From the human T2T-CHM13v2.0 reference genome, Homo sapiens: a DNA stretch of 64,000 nucleotides. Shown one piece after another: positions 1 through 16,760 of the stretch. The number at the start of each line of letters is the position of its first letter. Position 1 is the first letter of the stretch. The notes under the pieces are model-generated. The model was given only the letters and a program-made list of their open reading frames with translations. It searched no databases and was not told the origin of the DNA. The stretch lies in assembly GCF_009914755.1 (NCBI RefSeq), contig NC_060931.1. One strand, written 5' to 3'. The position numbers were made by a program, and so were the translations under genes.

Positions 1-669
1 GTGTCAGAGTGGAAAAACTGATTTAATTACAAAAGTAGTGTGCCATCTTGTGGAGGATTATGCAATCAGCACAGTCTGATTTATCCTAAAAATCAAAGTA
101 GAAGACAGATATTGCACTTGGGCACTAAAAATAAAAAGCCTATTCCATTGTGCAAAAAGACACTGAGATGTCTTTATATACCTTACATTTCTACATTATT
201 TTTAGTGCATATAAGATGTGTAGATTGGTACTACTGGTAGTCGGTAGCTCCAGGGTTTGTTTTATACTGGTACCAAATTGGTACATGTACTATACCAAAG
301 AATGTGGTTGAATTTTAGTTTTTGTGGCCTAAGTAATGAAAAATAGATTGATTGGTGATTGACTCAGTGTTTTAGAATGAAATTTGTTTGCCGTTTCGAA
401 CATAGGCCACTTTACCTCCAATCCCTGTCATTCTCAACTCCTTCAGTCAGTCCTGTATGCTGCAAGTTCAGATGTTACCTTGCTACCCCTCTGCCTAAGA
501 TCTTCTGTGGCTTCTCCACTGTCTGTGTGGAGTCAAGTTCAAAGTCTTTATCCTGTTATTTAATCCCTTCCATGATCTGGACACACCTGTCTTTTAACCT
601 CCTCTCCACCTCCTACCTATGTGTTCTTTTAAATCAAACAGTGTATTTATTCATCACACAGTTTAACCA

Positions 670-860
670 TTTAACATGCATTATTTAATTTAATTTAATT
701 CTCACAGCAGCTTTATGGGATAGATACTGTATCACATCTTAGAGATTAAGAAACCAATAGTTAAGGAACTGTGTGGTGGTCACATAGCTGTGGTGATAGA
801 GCCAGGATTGTAGCCAAGATCTGCCTGACTAGAGTACATGTTCATTAAAACACTTTTGAC
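670..860 (-). mobile_element. MIR SINE fragment
   Basis: 'ttaattctcacagcagctttatgggatagatactgtat...ggtcacatagct...agagccaggatt' MIR core. Confidence 0.6.
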
Positions 861-899
861 GTGTTTTTCTGTCTCTATACTTTTGCTATTCTTTTTACT

Positions 900-1230
900 C
901 TGTTTGAAAAGCCCTCTTTTTTTTTTGTTCTGTATCCTGCCTTCCTGCTGGTGCATAGGTCAAATACCACTGTTACCATGAAATCTCTTCTGAGTCCCCT
1001 CAGCCAGATATACTGTCTTCCCTCTTTTGAACCCTCATGGTGCTTTTTACCTTGTTTATCTTTCTTATGACATTTAGTCTGCCCTGCGTTATGTTGCTCT
1101 ATTTGCCTTTTGATATTCTTGGCTAGATTGTAAGTTCCTTGAGGATAGGGACTGGGGACTATGTCTTCTTTCTTTTGAATTCTCTAAAGTGCTTTGCGAA
1201 TTCTCAGTACTCAAAAAGTGTTGAATAAAC
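900..1230. mobile_element. L2 3'-end fragment
   Basis: 'ctagattgtaagttccttgaggataggga...tactcaaaaagtgttgaataa' is the typical L2 terminus. Confidence 0.6.
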
Positions 1231-2346
1231 ATTCCTCAAAGTGCTGGGAGAAATGGATAGACACTATAGCCTATATCCCATTCAGAAAAAATATAGAGAA
1301 GGGGTGAAGGGGTTGCTCCTTGAAGAGGATCGTACTACCCCAGATGTACATGAATTATTATAGAACCTATAAGCATGAGAATGGGCTTCCATAAACCAAT
1401 CTACTACCCTACTGCAAATATTAATGCTTTCTTTTTTCTTTCTACTTCCTTCTCTCTACAGTTCTCTCCAATTATATCCATAATTTTTAAAGGTCTTTGA
1501 TATCCTTTGTGCATTAAATAATACCTTTTCTGGTGTCTGTTTCTGGATAATAGTTCTTCTTTGCATGACTTAAATAATTAGATGAATTAATTAAAATTTT
1601 TGTTACGCATTTTCATTCAGGTATGTCAGAAGGCTCAGTTTCCATCCGATTCATTTAATTTTACTATTAAACTTCAGCTGGGACCACAAAGCTTTCATGG
1701 ATAGGAATGACATCTTGGCTTAATTCCATTAGGATGCTTACTGCGTGCCAGATTTTATTTTGCTCAGCTATCAATGAGGCTGTTGTGGAAATGTGGGTTT
1801 TCTTTGCTGTGAGAATTTATGCGTACAAAGAGACCTGCTTTTCAGAAAGAACATTGAGAACCCAGAGCCCAAGAGGAAGGGTTATTAAAGTTAATGAACC
1901 AGGGTAACCTTATCCAGAGGGTGCCCAGAAACACTATAAAACAAAAGGTCAATTGCTATTGCTATTTTAGTTATATACCCCCTCTCCAGGCTTCAGAATT
2001 TAACAGGGTTAATTTCCTTTATAGTGAGGACTTGGCAAATAATTTTTAAGCCAGATGAAAATTCTTTAATTTTTTTTTTCTGTAAAATTATGTGTCTGAG
2101 TATTACTGTGTGCCATTTTGGAAACAGAATGTTACTTAACGATGATAATGGATTGTTTTATAGTTCCAAGATAGGACAGTGTTTTTTTTGTAGTTTAAAA
2201 TAATTGGCATTATTTCACACTTATACAGTGCCAAAAGTGTTTTATGTACTGAATTAGACATGTAGTCAGTTATAATATCATTTTTATTGTACTTAGTAAC
2301 TACAGAGTGTTTTTCATTTTTATGTATATTTTAAAGGTGGAAATGA

Positions 2347-2634
<288 letters not shown>

Positions 2635-3171
2635 TCATATAACTTATATCTGAAGGACTTGACAACACTGAGAGTTTTGCAGATGAAAAAAACTAAAACC
2701 TAGGGAGCTTAAATGACCTGTACTGATCACCCAGTTAGTACTAGAACTCAGTCCTGCTCCAGTGGCCTGTTCTTATCCAGAAAGCAGTGAAGCATTTTTT
2801 TATTTCCCGTGGTATTTGGGGGATAGAAGAGACAAATCACTTGAAAAATTTACTTAGAGTTTGAAATTATATGCAGATATGACAGAAATCTTGTAGAAGA
2901 TAGCCTAACTCTGTGAATGGCAAAAGGTTTTCTTAAATAGTCTTCTAGCATTTCCAAGTACACTTTGAATTGTAACCCTGCATGGTGGGATGTAACTTAG
3001 ATGACAGCTTCCATATGTACAGGCCTAAAGCGTGTTAGTTAGAGAGTACATGACTTTACAGTTTTCGTATAGTGTTTTATTTAACATTAAAAGATAATAA
3101 TTGGTGGGCTTATACAACTGGTAGACTTAAAACAGTTACAAAGGGGGAAATATTTGAAGAAAGGAAACAAC

Positions 3172-3475
<304 letters not shown>

Positions 3476-3506
3476 TTGGAAACGCACTATTATTGCATGA
3501 AGAAGG

Positions 3507-3858
<352 letters not shown>

Positions 3859-4309
3859 TCATTATTCACTGAAGAAGAAAATCAGTTTTGTCAGCGGTAA
3901 AGTCTGTGAATATAATAGACATTTCAGAGTCAGAAGAAACCAAATTCTCAAGATACTTAGAATGACTTAAAGGATAATTTCTGATGAGTTAAATGTACCA
4001 CAATATATCTGGAAAAATTTCTCCCAGTTTTTATAGGAATATCAAAGCTGTGGATCACTTTTTCTTAAGATATCTAATTTTAACTTAAAGCTAGTTTTAA
4101 CCATTGTTTTTGATATAGCAATAGAGAGAAATTGCCTTTAATATGACTTTTTTCAAAAACAGCTAAATGTTCTTATGCTGTACTTTTACACTATATATTC
4201 CTCTGGGGGTTTTATTTTTTAGAATCTGAATTAAAAAATTCCATAGTGGATAAAAAGTGGCTGCATTATTAAAAAGCTGGTAAATGTAAAGTTTTCAAGG
4301 CCAAACACA

Positions 4310-4503
4310 GAAACTCCAAACCAGCTGCACGTTAAATTTTTCTGGGATACTTTACAAATACAGACCCATTTTTACCCATTGAAAACCTGTGGAATCAGAA
4401 TCTTGGGACATGCCTCCTAGTTATCTGTATTTTTATAAATCTCTCAAAATAATGGTTCTGCAGCATCCTTTTCATATATTCATGCCTAGGAAATATTAGT
4501 CTA
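4310..4503. mobile_element. MER5-like hAT-Charlie DNA transposon fossil
   Basis: 'gaatcagaatcttggg...atctgtattttta' MER5 motifs. Confidence 0.45.
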
Positions 4504-4581
4504 GTATATATTTGAGAAAGTTACCAGGTTAAAATTTTTATTTTAAAATTTATTTAGATGTAGCTTCTTAAGTGGCCTTAG

Positions 4582-4854
<273 letters not shown>

Positions 4855-5203
4855 TAATGTCTGTCAGCAGTAGTAGCAATAGAATTTGTGGTAAACAAGT
4901 TTTTTTTAAGTACTCTTGAATTTCAGCTTCTATAACTGGCTGTTCAGCTACTGATACACAACCAAATCTGTTTTATAGAGAGAGAGAGAGTGAGGAATGG
5001 GGATTTTTATATCATTTTGTTTTTAAACTGCTTTAGCCTAGAAATGTAACTGTGTAACTGTCTTTTTTGCTTATGTCTCCACTACCTCTATTCTTATTTT
5101 TAACATTCATCTTATTTTTATTTCTTCTGGAATATTGTGTTTTTGACACTCACTATCTCCCTATTTTGGCTCCTGTTATTTTACTATATGTCAGTTTTCA
5201 TAA

Positions 5204-5503
<300 letters not shown>

Positions 5504-6392
5504 TGATACATATTATCTTTAATAAAAATTGTATATATGTATGCATGTACAGATCTGTGTATGCACATATACATAAAGCATTTCCATAGTGAATAAGATG
5601 GCTTAGGTTTATGGCTTTGAATTAAGTGCATGATTATATCCTGGAATAAAGTAAATGTTAATTCATTTATTATTTTTTCAAATCTTTATAGAACATTTTA
5701 ATTGCACTCTCCATTTAAACTGTTTCAGGATATAAAGTGACAAATGAGCTATAACAAAACAGTAGGAGCCTCAAATGAAAAGGAGATAAAACGGCCTAAT
5801 TCATAACCCACTGATTTTGATCTAGGAAGGCCATTTCCAAAGATCTAGTGCTGTGTCGTTAATCCTGGGGAACTAGGTTCTTGCTTACTCTGAAATTATG
5901 TTAATAAAAACTGTCCAGGGATTAATCACTGGACAGTTTTTATTTTTTCAAATAGATGTTGAAATTCTGATTTACTTTTCTTACCCCGGGAAAGTATGTG
6001 TAAGTGGCCTTCCTGTTTCAGTATTGAAGTACTGTTCTCTGAAATGATTATTTCTGTCTTCAACAACAAAAGACAAATCTTAAATTAAAAAAAAAACTAA
6101 CTTTTTTCTACTAAAGTATTGTAAATCTAAGGCGATGACATCTGTAATTATTCTTGTGTTAAGCCTAGGTTTCATCCTAAAATCCTCCCTCTTCTTCAGT
6201 GAATGTGTCTAATTAGTGCCTAAGATCCAACAGTTCTCCAAGTGCCTGGCATGATCCAACAGGTCATCCAATACCACATTTCAAATGTCTTTTCCTCTCC
6301 ATTCCTTTTAGCAGTTTTTTCAACTTTATGGTTTCTTACGCTTTTTATATCTCCATTGTTGACCTATTCTGTGTTCACCAACACAGTCTTTA

Positions 6393-6902
<510 letters not shown>

Positions 6903-6949
6903 CTATGACACCTCTGCTTAAACCCTGTGGTTAGCTTCAGCCTTTGTTT

Positions 6950-7330
6950 CAGTTATCGTTTACACTGTTTATTACATTACAAGCACTCAAAAAACTTCAG
7001 TGGCATATAGTAATAAGCATTTATTTGCTCATGAGTCTACAAGTTGGCTCGGTCATTCTTTTGGTTTGGCCGGGCTCATTCATTTGTCTAGGAGTCAGCT
7101 ATCTGTCAGCTGGTCTAGTGTGGTTTCAGCTGGGACTGCCTGGCTCTGTTTTATATAGGCTAGCCAGAGCTTGTTCTCATGGCAGGTGCTGGGCTGCAAA
7201 GGGGATGAAGTAGACATGAGCAATCCATCAATTTTTTTCTTGCCCTGATAGCAAAAAGCAATCATGTAACCAAGTCCAGAGTCAGTTGGTGCAGGATACC
7301 ATTAAAGGGCATAGATACAGGAAATTGTAA
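6950..7330 (-). mobile_element. MLT1-type (ERVL-MaLR) solo LTR
   Basis: 'cagtggc...aataagcatttatttgctcatgagtct...ggctcattcat...tcagctggga' MLT1F/G-like. Confidence 0.6.
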
Positions 7331-8151
7331 ATAACAACAACAATAATAAAACAATTTATTTATCTCACTTCCTTTTGCTTAGAGTAAAAACTCGAAATTT
7401 CTCATCAAGATTTGCTACTCAATTACTTTTCCAGCCTCATCTCCCATGTGCCAGTTAAAGTTGCTGGAATTATTCAACTTTCTCGCCTGTGTCCTTTGGC
7501 AATGTTGTTTTCCTTGTTTGGAATTAACAGAGGGAGGCTCTCCCCCTAACTTTACCTAATAAATACCCACTTATTCTTTAAAACTCAGTTCAGACTTCAC
7601 TTTCTCTGTAAAGCCTTTCTTGAACTTGCCAAGCAGAATTAAAAGCTTCCTTTGATGTGCTCACTTAACCCCTTTTAATACTTGGATGGCTTACTATAAT
7701 GATTGGTTTATATTCATGTTTCCCTATCTGAATTCCTTAAAGGCGTGAATCATATTCTTTAAAATGTATGTATTTTAAGGATGTGCACGTTCTTACTCTT
7801 TAGTGAGTAAGTAGGTGAGGTAAGTTAAATGAGAAATTAATACTAGAGAAAAGGGAACGATAAATACAAAATCCAGAGAGGGTAGGGGGTTTAAAGGTAA
7901 TATTAAATGTTATTCTTCTAAAGCTTGGTATGGGTAGATAACTTCATTCCGTTATTTTTTTATACCATATACATATGTTGTAAGTAATATTTATAATGCA
8001 ATAAGTAATTATTTTAAAACTCATGCTGGAAAAATATAGAGATTATTTTGATGAGAACACTTTCTGTTAGTTCAAAGTCAGTACAGATGAGTAAAGTGGT
8101 GATTCAGTACTGGAGCTCAGATTTATTATAGTTAATTAATAGACTCATAAA

Positions 8152-8370
8152 AACCTCCGCCTCCCGGGTTCAAGCAATTCTCCTGCCTCAGCCTCCCGAG
8201 TAGCTGGGATTACAGGTGCCTGCCACCACGCCTGGCTAATTTTTGTATTTTTAGTAGAGACAGGGTTTCATCATGTTGACCAGGATGGTCTCGATCTCTT
8301 GACCTCGTAATCCACTGGCCTCGGCCTCCGAAAGTGCTGGGATTGCAGGCATGAGCCACCGCGCCTGGCC
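8152..8370 (-). mobile_element. AluS lacking its 3' ~65 nt and poly-A
   Basis: Starts abruptly at aacctccgcctcccggg; no poly-T or TSD. Confidence 0.88.
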
Positions 8371-8622
8371 CTCAAGTGGCATTTTTGTATAGTTTTCTAA
8401 ATCTCTTTAATGTTTGGCTCAATAAAAGACATCTGGATTCATATGCTTCTTTATTCAGTTGCTGTATCAGAAAGTCATGTAGCCTCTGGAAATGTTCACA
8501 TATACTCATAAGAGAATAAGAGTGAAAAGACAAATTTTTTTGTTAGTCATGTAAAAATAACTTTGACCTTATAGACTCCCTTGAAGTACCTAGGAGACCC
8601 CAGACCACACTGAGAACTGCTG
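8371..8622. mobile_element. Charlie1-type hAT DNA transposon terminal fragment
   Basis: 'aaatctctttaatgtttggc...gtcatgtagcctctggaaa...ccagaccacac-tgagaactgctg'. Confidence 0.7.
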
Positions 8623-9507
8623 CTTTAATCTAATCCACAGTTCCTATTCAGATATAGACAATTATCCCAATAATGCCCCAGTAATGTTTTTTATAGGCAT
8701 CCCTTGTCACTCTGCAACCCCAGCCCAGAATTTAGACCATGATCATGTATTGCTTTTTGGTGTCATGCTTCTTTAGTCATCTTTAGTCTAGAATAGTTCC
8801 CTAAACTTTCTTTGTCTTTCTTGACTTTGATGATTTTTAAAGAGTACAGGGCAGTTGTTTTTTAGAGTATCCTTCAACTGGGTTTGTATGTTTTCTTAGG
8901 ATTGGATTTAGATGACATATTTTTAGCAAGAATAACCCATAGATCACATTAGCATCTCCTCCATATATCATATCAGGAGACACATTACATCAGTTTGTCT
9001 GATATTAGCTTCAATCACTTGGTTAAGGAGATGCCCACCAGATTTGTCTAATTTATAATTAATAAGTAATTTATATGGAGACATTTCAAGATTATGAAAA
9101 TATGCCATTACTCATCAAACTCTCACCCTTTTATCATCCATTAATGAAACTTAAAGCTTTTCCCAAAATGGTTATACCATTTTATACTTTGCCTGCAATG
9201 TATGAGATTTCTGGTTACTCCCTATCTTCTTGGCCCATTGATTTGCTTTGGCACCTTGGCCAAAAATCAATTGATCATGTAAGTATATATCTCTTTTTGT
9301 ACTCTGTTCTGTTCTATTATATTTTGGTCTCTTCTTAACCAATATGACACTCCCTCGATTACTGTAGCTTTATAGTAATTCATGAAGTCAGGTAATATAT
9401 AAATTTTAGAATCACCAATTTCTAGAACTGTTGGGATTATGATGGGAATATGATAAATCTATATATTAATTTGGAGCAAATTGGTGGGTTTCATTTTGTC
9501 GTTTGAA

Positions 9508-9849
<342 letters not shown>

Positions 9850-10169
9850 TGAACATGGTTTAGTCTCCATTTATTTTAGTCTTCATTATCTCTCAGCACT
9901 CTTAAGAGTTTTCAGTTTAAGAGGTCTATGATATTTTCGTTAACTTGATATCAGTGTATTTTGCTTTTTGTGCTATTATAATGGAATTTAAAAATCTTTT
10001 ACTTTCCATTTGTTGGCTGGTAATATAGAGAAATACAATTGGTTTGTTAATATTGCCTTTGTATCATGTCACTTTAAGTCTACTTATTTCTAATAGCTTC
10101 TTTTTTATTTCTTAGAGTATTTTAAAGAAGCAGTCATTTTTCTTCTTTCTGTTCTCTTTTCCTTCATTA

Positions 10170-10481
<312 letters not shown>

Positions 10482-12691
10482 TTTATTTTATTTTTTAATG
10501 CCTTCCTTATTGCACTGACTTGAACTTCCAGAGCAATGTTAAATATAAGTGGTGAGAAAAGACATCCCTGTCTTGTTTCATATCTAAACAGGAGAGTGTT
10601 CAGTATGTCATCATTAAGAAAAATTAAATTTCGTACATGTTATCAGATTGAAAGTCTTTCTATTCCTATTTTGCTATGAGTTTTGATCATGAATAGGTGA
10701 TGAATTTTACCAAATGCTCTTTTTACATATGTATTGATGTAATTGTGTTTTTTCTTCTTTATTCTGTTAATATGTCAGATTATCCTGATTGATTTTCAGA
10801 TGTAAAATCAACTTTACATTCCTGGGATAAATACCTTTTTGTTGTAAAATATTCTTTTCATATATTGCTACTGCTGTTTGGTAATATTTTGTTAAAGATT
10901 AGTTTTGTCTATGTTCATAAGGGGTCCTAGCCATCTGTAAATGATTTCTCCACCTCTTCCCCATTTCTTCCTCCTTCTTCCCCTTCTCTTCCTTCTCCTT
11001 TGTAATATTATTTGGTTTCAGTGTTATGTTGGCCTCATAAAATAAGCTAGGAATGGAAGAGAATGTGGATAAACAGTAGAGTTTTTTTTTCCCTTGATTT
11101 TCTGAAAAATTTTGTCTAAAACTGATACCATTTTTTCCTTAAGTGCTTGATATAATTTACCAGTGTAGATATGTGGGCAATTATGAATTCAGTTTTTCAG
11201 TATGTGTAATTCCTTCAGATTTTCCTCTTTCATCTCATGTCATCTTGGTAAGTTAGGTTTTTTAACAAATTATGTCTGTTTTATCTACATTGTCAGATTT
11301 TACCTATGTTTTTGATAGTATTCTCTCTCTTTTCATTTCTAGGAAGTCTGTAGTGTTAATCTTGCTTTCATTTCTGGTACTGGCAATTTGTATTTTCCCT
11401 CCCTTTGTAAAAAATTAGTCTGCCAGTGGTTTATAATTCTATCAGTCTTTCAAAGAACCAACTTTGTTAATTTTCTCTATTTTTTTTCATGTTTTCTATT
11501 CTATTGATTTATCTTTATTTCTTTTTTCTTGGCATATAACTTGGTCATCATTTTAATATTATTTGTGCTAATTTAGTTGAAGCAAGAAGTTCTATTATTC
11601 TCTTATTAAAATTTCAAGTTTTACACTCTATGCATTATGGCATAGATTTATTATATGTTACTCCGTCTTTGTTTTTGAGATTATTTATGGAGGCAATCCT
11701 TTCTTAAATCAAATTTTCACCTTATTTGCTGAAGATATTCTTTGACAAAAAATATTTTAAAATAAGTTTGAAAATAATTAGTGTGAATATTAAAGTGTAC
11801 ATTCACATCAACTTCATTGTCAAAATACTGTTCTTTCTGCCTAATATTCCTTCATTTCACTTAATTAATACTGCTAGATTACTCTTCTTAGAATACTGCC
11901 TTTTTATGTTATATCTTGCTTTAGAAACCACCAGTAGTTCTTTATTGCCTACAAGATCATAAATTGTCTCCTCTGTCAGTCATTCATCAGGCTTTCTGTG
12001 TCCACTTTATACATCAATTCTGTTATTTCTGCAGGAAGAACTCTTCATCTCAGTCATAACTGCATAGACTGTATTAACAAGTATATTTTTGCCTTTGTTT
12101 TTCTTCTAGAAAAAATAATCTGAAATTGTGAAAGAGCCCAGTTTTTGGCTCTGGTACACAAGGGCGTAGATTTGCTATCTTACTTCCTAGTTTTGTGACG
12201 GTGGACTCTGTGAAATGGTGATAATATTTCCATATGGGGTTGTTATAAGGATTAAATGGAACACACACATACACAGTAATAGTGTAAACAGAACTTGGGA
12301 GTTGTTTAACAAACATTAGTTTCCTTTCCTTTCCCCCTTTCAGCTAATTAAACCCTATGCAATTGAAGTTCTTTTTCCCCGATGAACCCTTTTGACTATA
12401 CTACAATATTTTTTATGTTTTATTGGGTCCTGTGATACAAGTGATACCAGCTAATTAATTTATTGATAATATACTGTTCTTAATATTATTCCCTATTTAT
12501 TTACTGTAGCTGTGCTATTTATTCAATCAGGAAAATTAATTTTGCAATGTAAAGGATGGATAAAGAAGTGATAGACTTGGATTCTTATTAGTTTCTGTCA
12601 CTAGCTTATTAAAGGTATCATCCTGGTCTTATATTTCCTTGCTAGGCTTGTATTTTCTCCTCTTTAAAAGGAGAAAACTAGAGATTTTATT

Positions 12692-12908
12692 TTTTTTATT
12701 TTTTATTTTTATTATACTCTTAAGTTCTAGGGTACCTGTGCACAATGTGAAGGTTTGATAGATAGGTATACATGTGCCATGTTGGTTTGCTGCACCCATC
12801 AACTCATCATTTACATTAGGTATTTCTCCTAATGCTATCCCTCCCCCTGACCCCCACCCCTCGACAGTCCCTGGTGTGTGATGTTCCCTGCCCTGTGTCC
12901 AAGTGATT
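12692..12908 (-). mobile_element. 5'-truncated L1PA 3' end (~220 bp) with perfect 17-bp TSD
   Basis: 'attatactcttaagttctagggtac...catgtgccatgttggtttgctgcacccatcaac'; TSD aaactagagattttatt at 12675-12691 and 12909-12925. Confidence 0.92.
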
Positions 12909-13318
12909 AAACTAGAGATTTTATTGATGTTTCTTCTAATTTTGAAATTCACTGATTCTAAATATTCTTGGAGTACCTCTTTTGTGCTAGATTCTGATGA
13001 GAAATACAAAAATGTTCATAAAGACCAAACATGTCTTAAAGTAGATTGTCATGTAATAGAGAATTGAACTCTGCACAAATGACTAAAATGCAGTGCAGTA
13101 TATGGTAGAAACCGTATAGATGTTATAAACAGAGTGCCATAAGCTGCAGTGTAGTTCATCTCATCTTTCCTGGTAGATTTTAAGCATTTCTAAGGTAAGA
13201 TTTCTGTCTCCTACTGCTTACTGCTTTTGCTTTCCTTTAGAGAGTTAAGCCTAGTGTTGGACTCATATTGGTTGACTTGATGTGAGTTTCTGAGAAACCT
13301 TTTAATGAAAGGTAATAA

Positions 13319-13624
<306 letters not shown>

Positions 13625-15487
13625 TGATGCACAGTTAAATATATGATGGAATTAATCAGTGCTTAGTGATTCTTGCAATTAGAGTTTATGTTAGATGTTA
13701 TGCTGAGTTGTCCAGTAGTGCTTTCCATGACAAATATCTATTGACAGTAATAATTGTTGTTTCAGTAGGTATAAAGTTATTCTTTAAATTTTTTTCTCTT
13801 GTTTGTTGCAGGGTAGAATATGAAGATCTCAGGACATAGACTGTTGATTTATAGAAACTTTAGCGAGTAGATGGAGCAATATTAGGAAAAACAAATTTAG
13901 TTTTATAATACATATGCATAAATCAACAATAACAACTTACCCTTTTAATTATATTTCTTATTCTACATTCCTGTGAGAAATGGAAATCACTTTATAATGA
14001 ACTAGGTGAAATCTAGAGCTTTTCTTCCAGTTAGAGTGAAATATATTTTGTTTTGTTTATAGTCACAAAATTGTATAAACCTAGAGGGGAATTTGACATA
14101 CTAGATTAAACTCAGCACCAATAGAAATTATACAATAATGTTGTAGACTAGAAGACTGAACATAGCCTCATTGTAAGCCATTTTAATATTAATATACATG
14201 TAGCTCTCATTAGCCCCATCATTGTCATTATCATTGTTACCTGTCTTTGAATACTTATTCCATACAAATTCAATGTAGGTCAAAAAAGACAGTAACCATT
14301 TTGAATTCCATAAGCAAGTTTTTACCTGGCTCAACCCATGTCCAAAGTTTTTTTTGATGTATTGAGGAGAAAAAGACTTCAAAAATCTATAACTCTGTAT
14401 TGATGAACATAAATTATCTAGTATTTGGGAAATGGGAGGTGGTGCTAGAATTATGACAAAACTTAAGTGAGACCTAAAATCTTATCTAGGACATAGAACC
14501 CAGGGTCTTTATTTATTGTGTCTTTATAGATTTTTGTTAATTATTTGCTTTTAAACTATCCTATTGCCATATTTCTATTAACATATAATTGTTATAGGAG
14601 AATGGTAAGGAGAGGAAGAGTGAGTTATGCCTGTGAAGTTAAGTGGTAGGTAGAAAATCAAAACTAGTATTCTTGGAAATACTCCCCAGCTTAAATTTGG
14701 AACTTCTGTTGGCTCTATTTAACTGAGCTCCACAGAGCTATGCACATCCCTGCTGACACCCTCAATGTTCTTCACGTGGAAAATAAGCATGCCAAGAAAA
14801 GTTAGGCTGGTTCTGATCTTTTAAAAACATCAGCAGATAATATTGTTAGGGAACAATTTATTCTCTTGTTCCCAAATGGTTACGTATTTCTTTTACAAAA
14901 GATGCTGATGTCTTTTTTTTTTTACAGGTTGAAAAAAGAATAGCTTAGGAGTAGCACATAGAGAGTTCTTGTGTGTGGCCTTTGTTTCTCTTGACTTTTA
15001 TAAAATAGGATGTTTCTTGAAAGCTGGGTGCTGTTAAATAATGCATGGTTTTCAACTGGTTAGATGGTACAGCAGAACACTGGGGGTGAAGAAACAAGGA
15101 TTTCAGTACTAATTCAGCCAACAACTATCCCTGTAATAGTGAGCAAGTAATCTGTATAATCCTGCATTTGCTATTCTATTTCATACAAATAAAGCTATAA
15201 GTTAGAACTTACACTTGTAGTGTTTATGACACTCCAAAAATAGCTTGTGGTGTTCATGACAATTTAGGATTTAACACAATGTTCAAATTTGATAAAAATA
15301 TGAGAAAGCTATACGATACAAACATGCTTAAAAGCTATTTGCCATTTTTAATTTTAACATATTTAAAAAATAAAATTTAAAGACATCTGGATTTCTTAAG
15401 AACATAGTGGCGGTTTAGTTCTCAAGCTTTCCTTGATGTTGCTTTGTGTGGTTTTCCAGGAATAATGGTAATCAAGCAAAAAGATTT

Positions 15488-15490
<3 letters not shown>

Positions 15491-15526
<36 letters not shown>

Positions 15527-15537
15527 CTCTCTCTCTC
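15491..15537. repeat. (CA)17 microsatellite plus short (CT)n
   Basis: Read directly. Confidence 0.95.
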
Positions 15538-16089
15538 AGCAAAACCAAGAGCTAGAGTAAACCTATAACTCCCAATGCCTTGTAAGTTTAGCCAGAAACA
15601 ACTAAAATACTCAGAACTTTTGTTGAAGCCCACAACAGTATAATAGGGAGACCTGGGAAAGCAAAGGGAGCCTAGCAGTTGTATGTCACAGTGAGAAGTG
15701 TCAGGGACAGGGCACAAATTGCACCCAGGGCAGCCACTAGAAGAATCAGTGAATTAACATGTGTAAAGTACCCAGAAATATCCAGAGGTGATATGTGTCA
15801 GAAAGCATTATTTTGTAAAAGTGAAGGAAACACAGTGGGAATGATGGCTCCTTTTGCAATGGCCAGTAAGAAACCTGGGGAGCTCAAAGCTTGAGATCAG
15901 CCCTGTAAGCCAGATGAGAGTCATAGAATTAGAGAAGGTATGGCTTCACCGGAAGTGCCATATTTTGAAGGAGCCATTCAATTCAGTAGCAACAGAGGAA
16001 GGAGTTCTTGAGCGAGAACATCCACCTTCTATAGAAATCCTCTGTGAAGTTATCTGGTCCAGGGAAATTCAACTCAATTACATATGAAA

Positions 16090-16760
16090 AACTAAAAAGC
16101 AATAAATAACAAAGCTTTAGAGAGACATTCTAAAGAAAAACAATAAAAAGAAAAATAACAATAAATGAAAGTTATATCCCAGTACATTACCCCTTTCAGA
16201 AATGAAGACTTATCTACAAAGAGCGTAAAGAAGAATAGGTAATGATCATATAGCATAGGAATAAGATAAAACAAAGAGGTAAAAATGATTAACCAGGGAA
16301 GGTAGGCAGAGGAGAGCCAACATATATATATATATAACTGGAGACTTTAAAGAAGAAAGCCAAAACAATGGAAAAAACAAATATTTATCAATTGAATTCA
16401 GGAACATTTTCCTGAAGAAAGATTTTACTCCGCATGTCAAATGGGCATACTATATTCAGAAAAAGTTGACCCAAATACTTAACTCTAAGACATATATTAA
16501 TAACACTGACTATAAAAGATAAGAGATCATTTTATAGCAAGTAGACAAAATGATCAAGTCACCTATAAGAGAACTAAAATGAGACTGGTATCAGATTTCT
16601 CTACATCTACTTTCAGTGCCAGGAGATAATAGAGCAACATCTAGAAGACATTCAAGAAAAGACAGTATGAGCCAAGAATTTTATATCTAGCCAAACTGTC
16701 CTTCAAGTATAATCAGTTTTTGTGGAAATTACTAGAAAATGGAAAGTGAGCTAGCCAAGA
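16090..16760 (+). mobile_element. HAL1/L1M ORF1-like fossil
   Basis: 'gactggtatcagatttctc...ccaagaattttatatctagccaaactgtccttcaagtat' is the L1 ORF1 C-terminal signature. Confidence 0.6.

Noticed and set aside
270-290. Small palindromes gtaccaa-a-ttggtac and gtacatgtac
   Set aside because: Arms of 7 bp or less are expected by chance.
12629-13009. 126-aa minus-strand ORF
   Set aside because: Translation of the L1PA 3'UTR fragment and its flanks.
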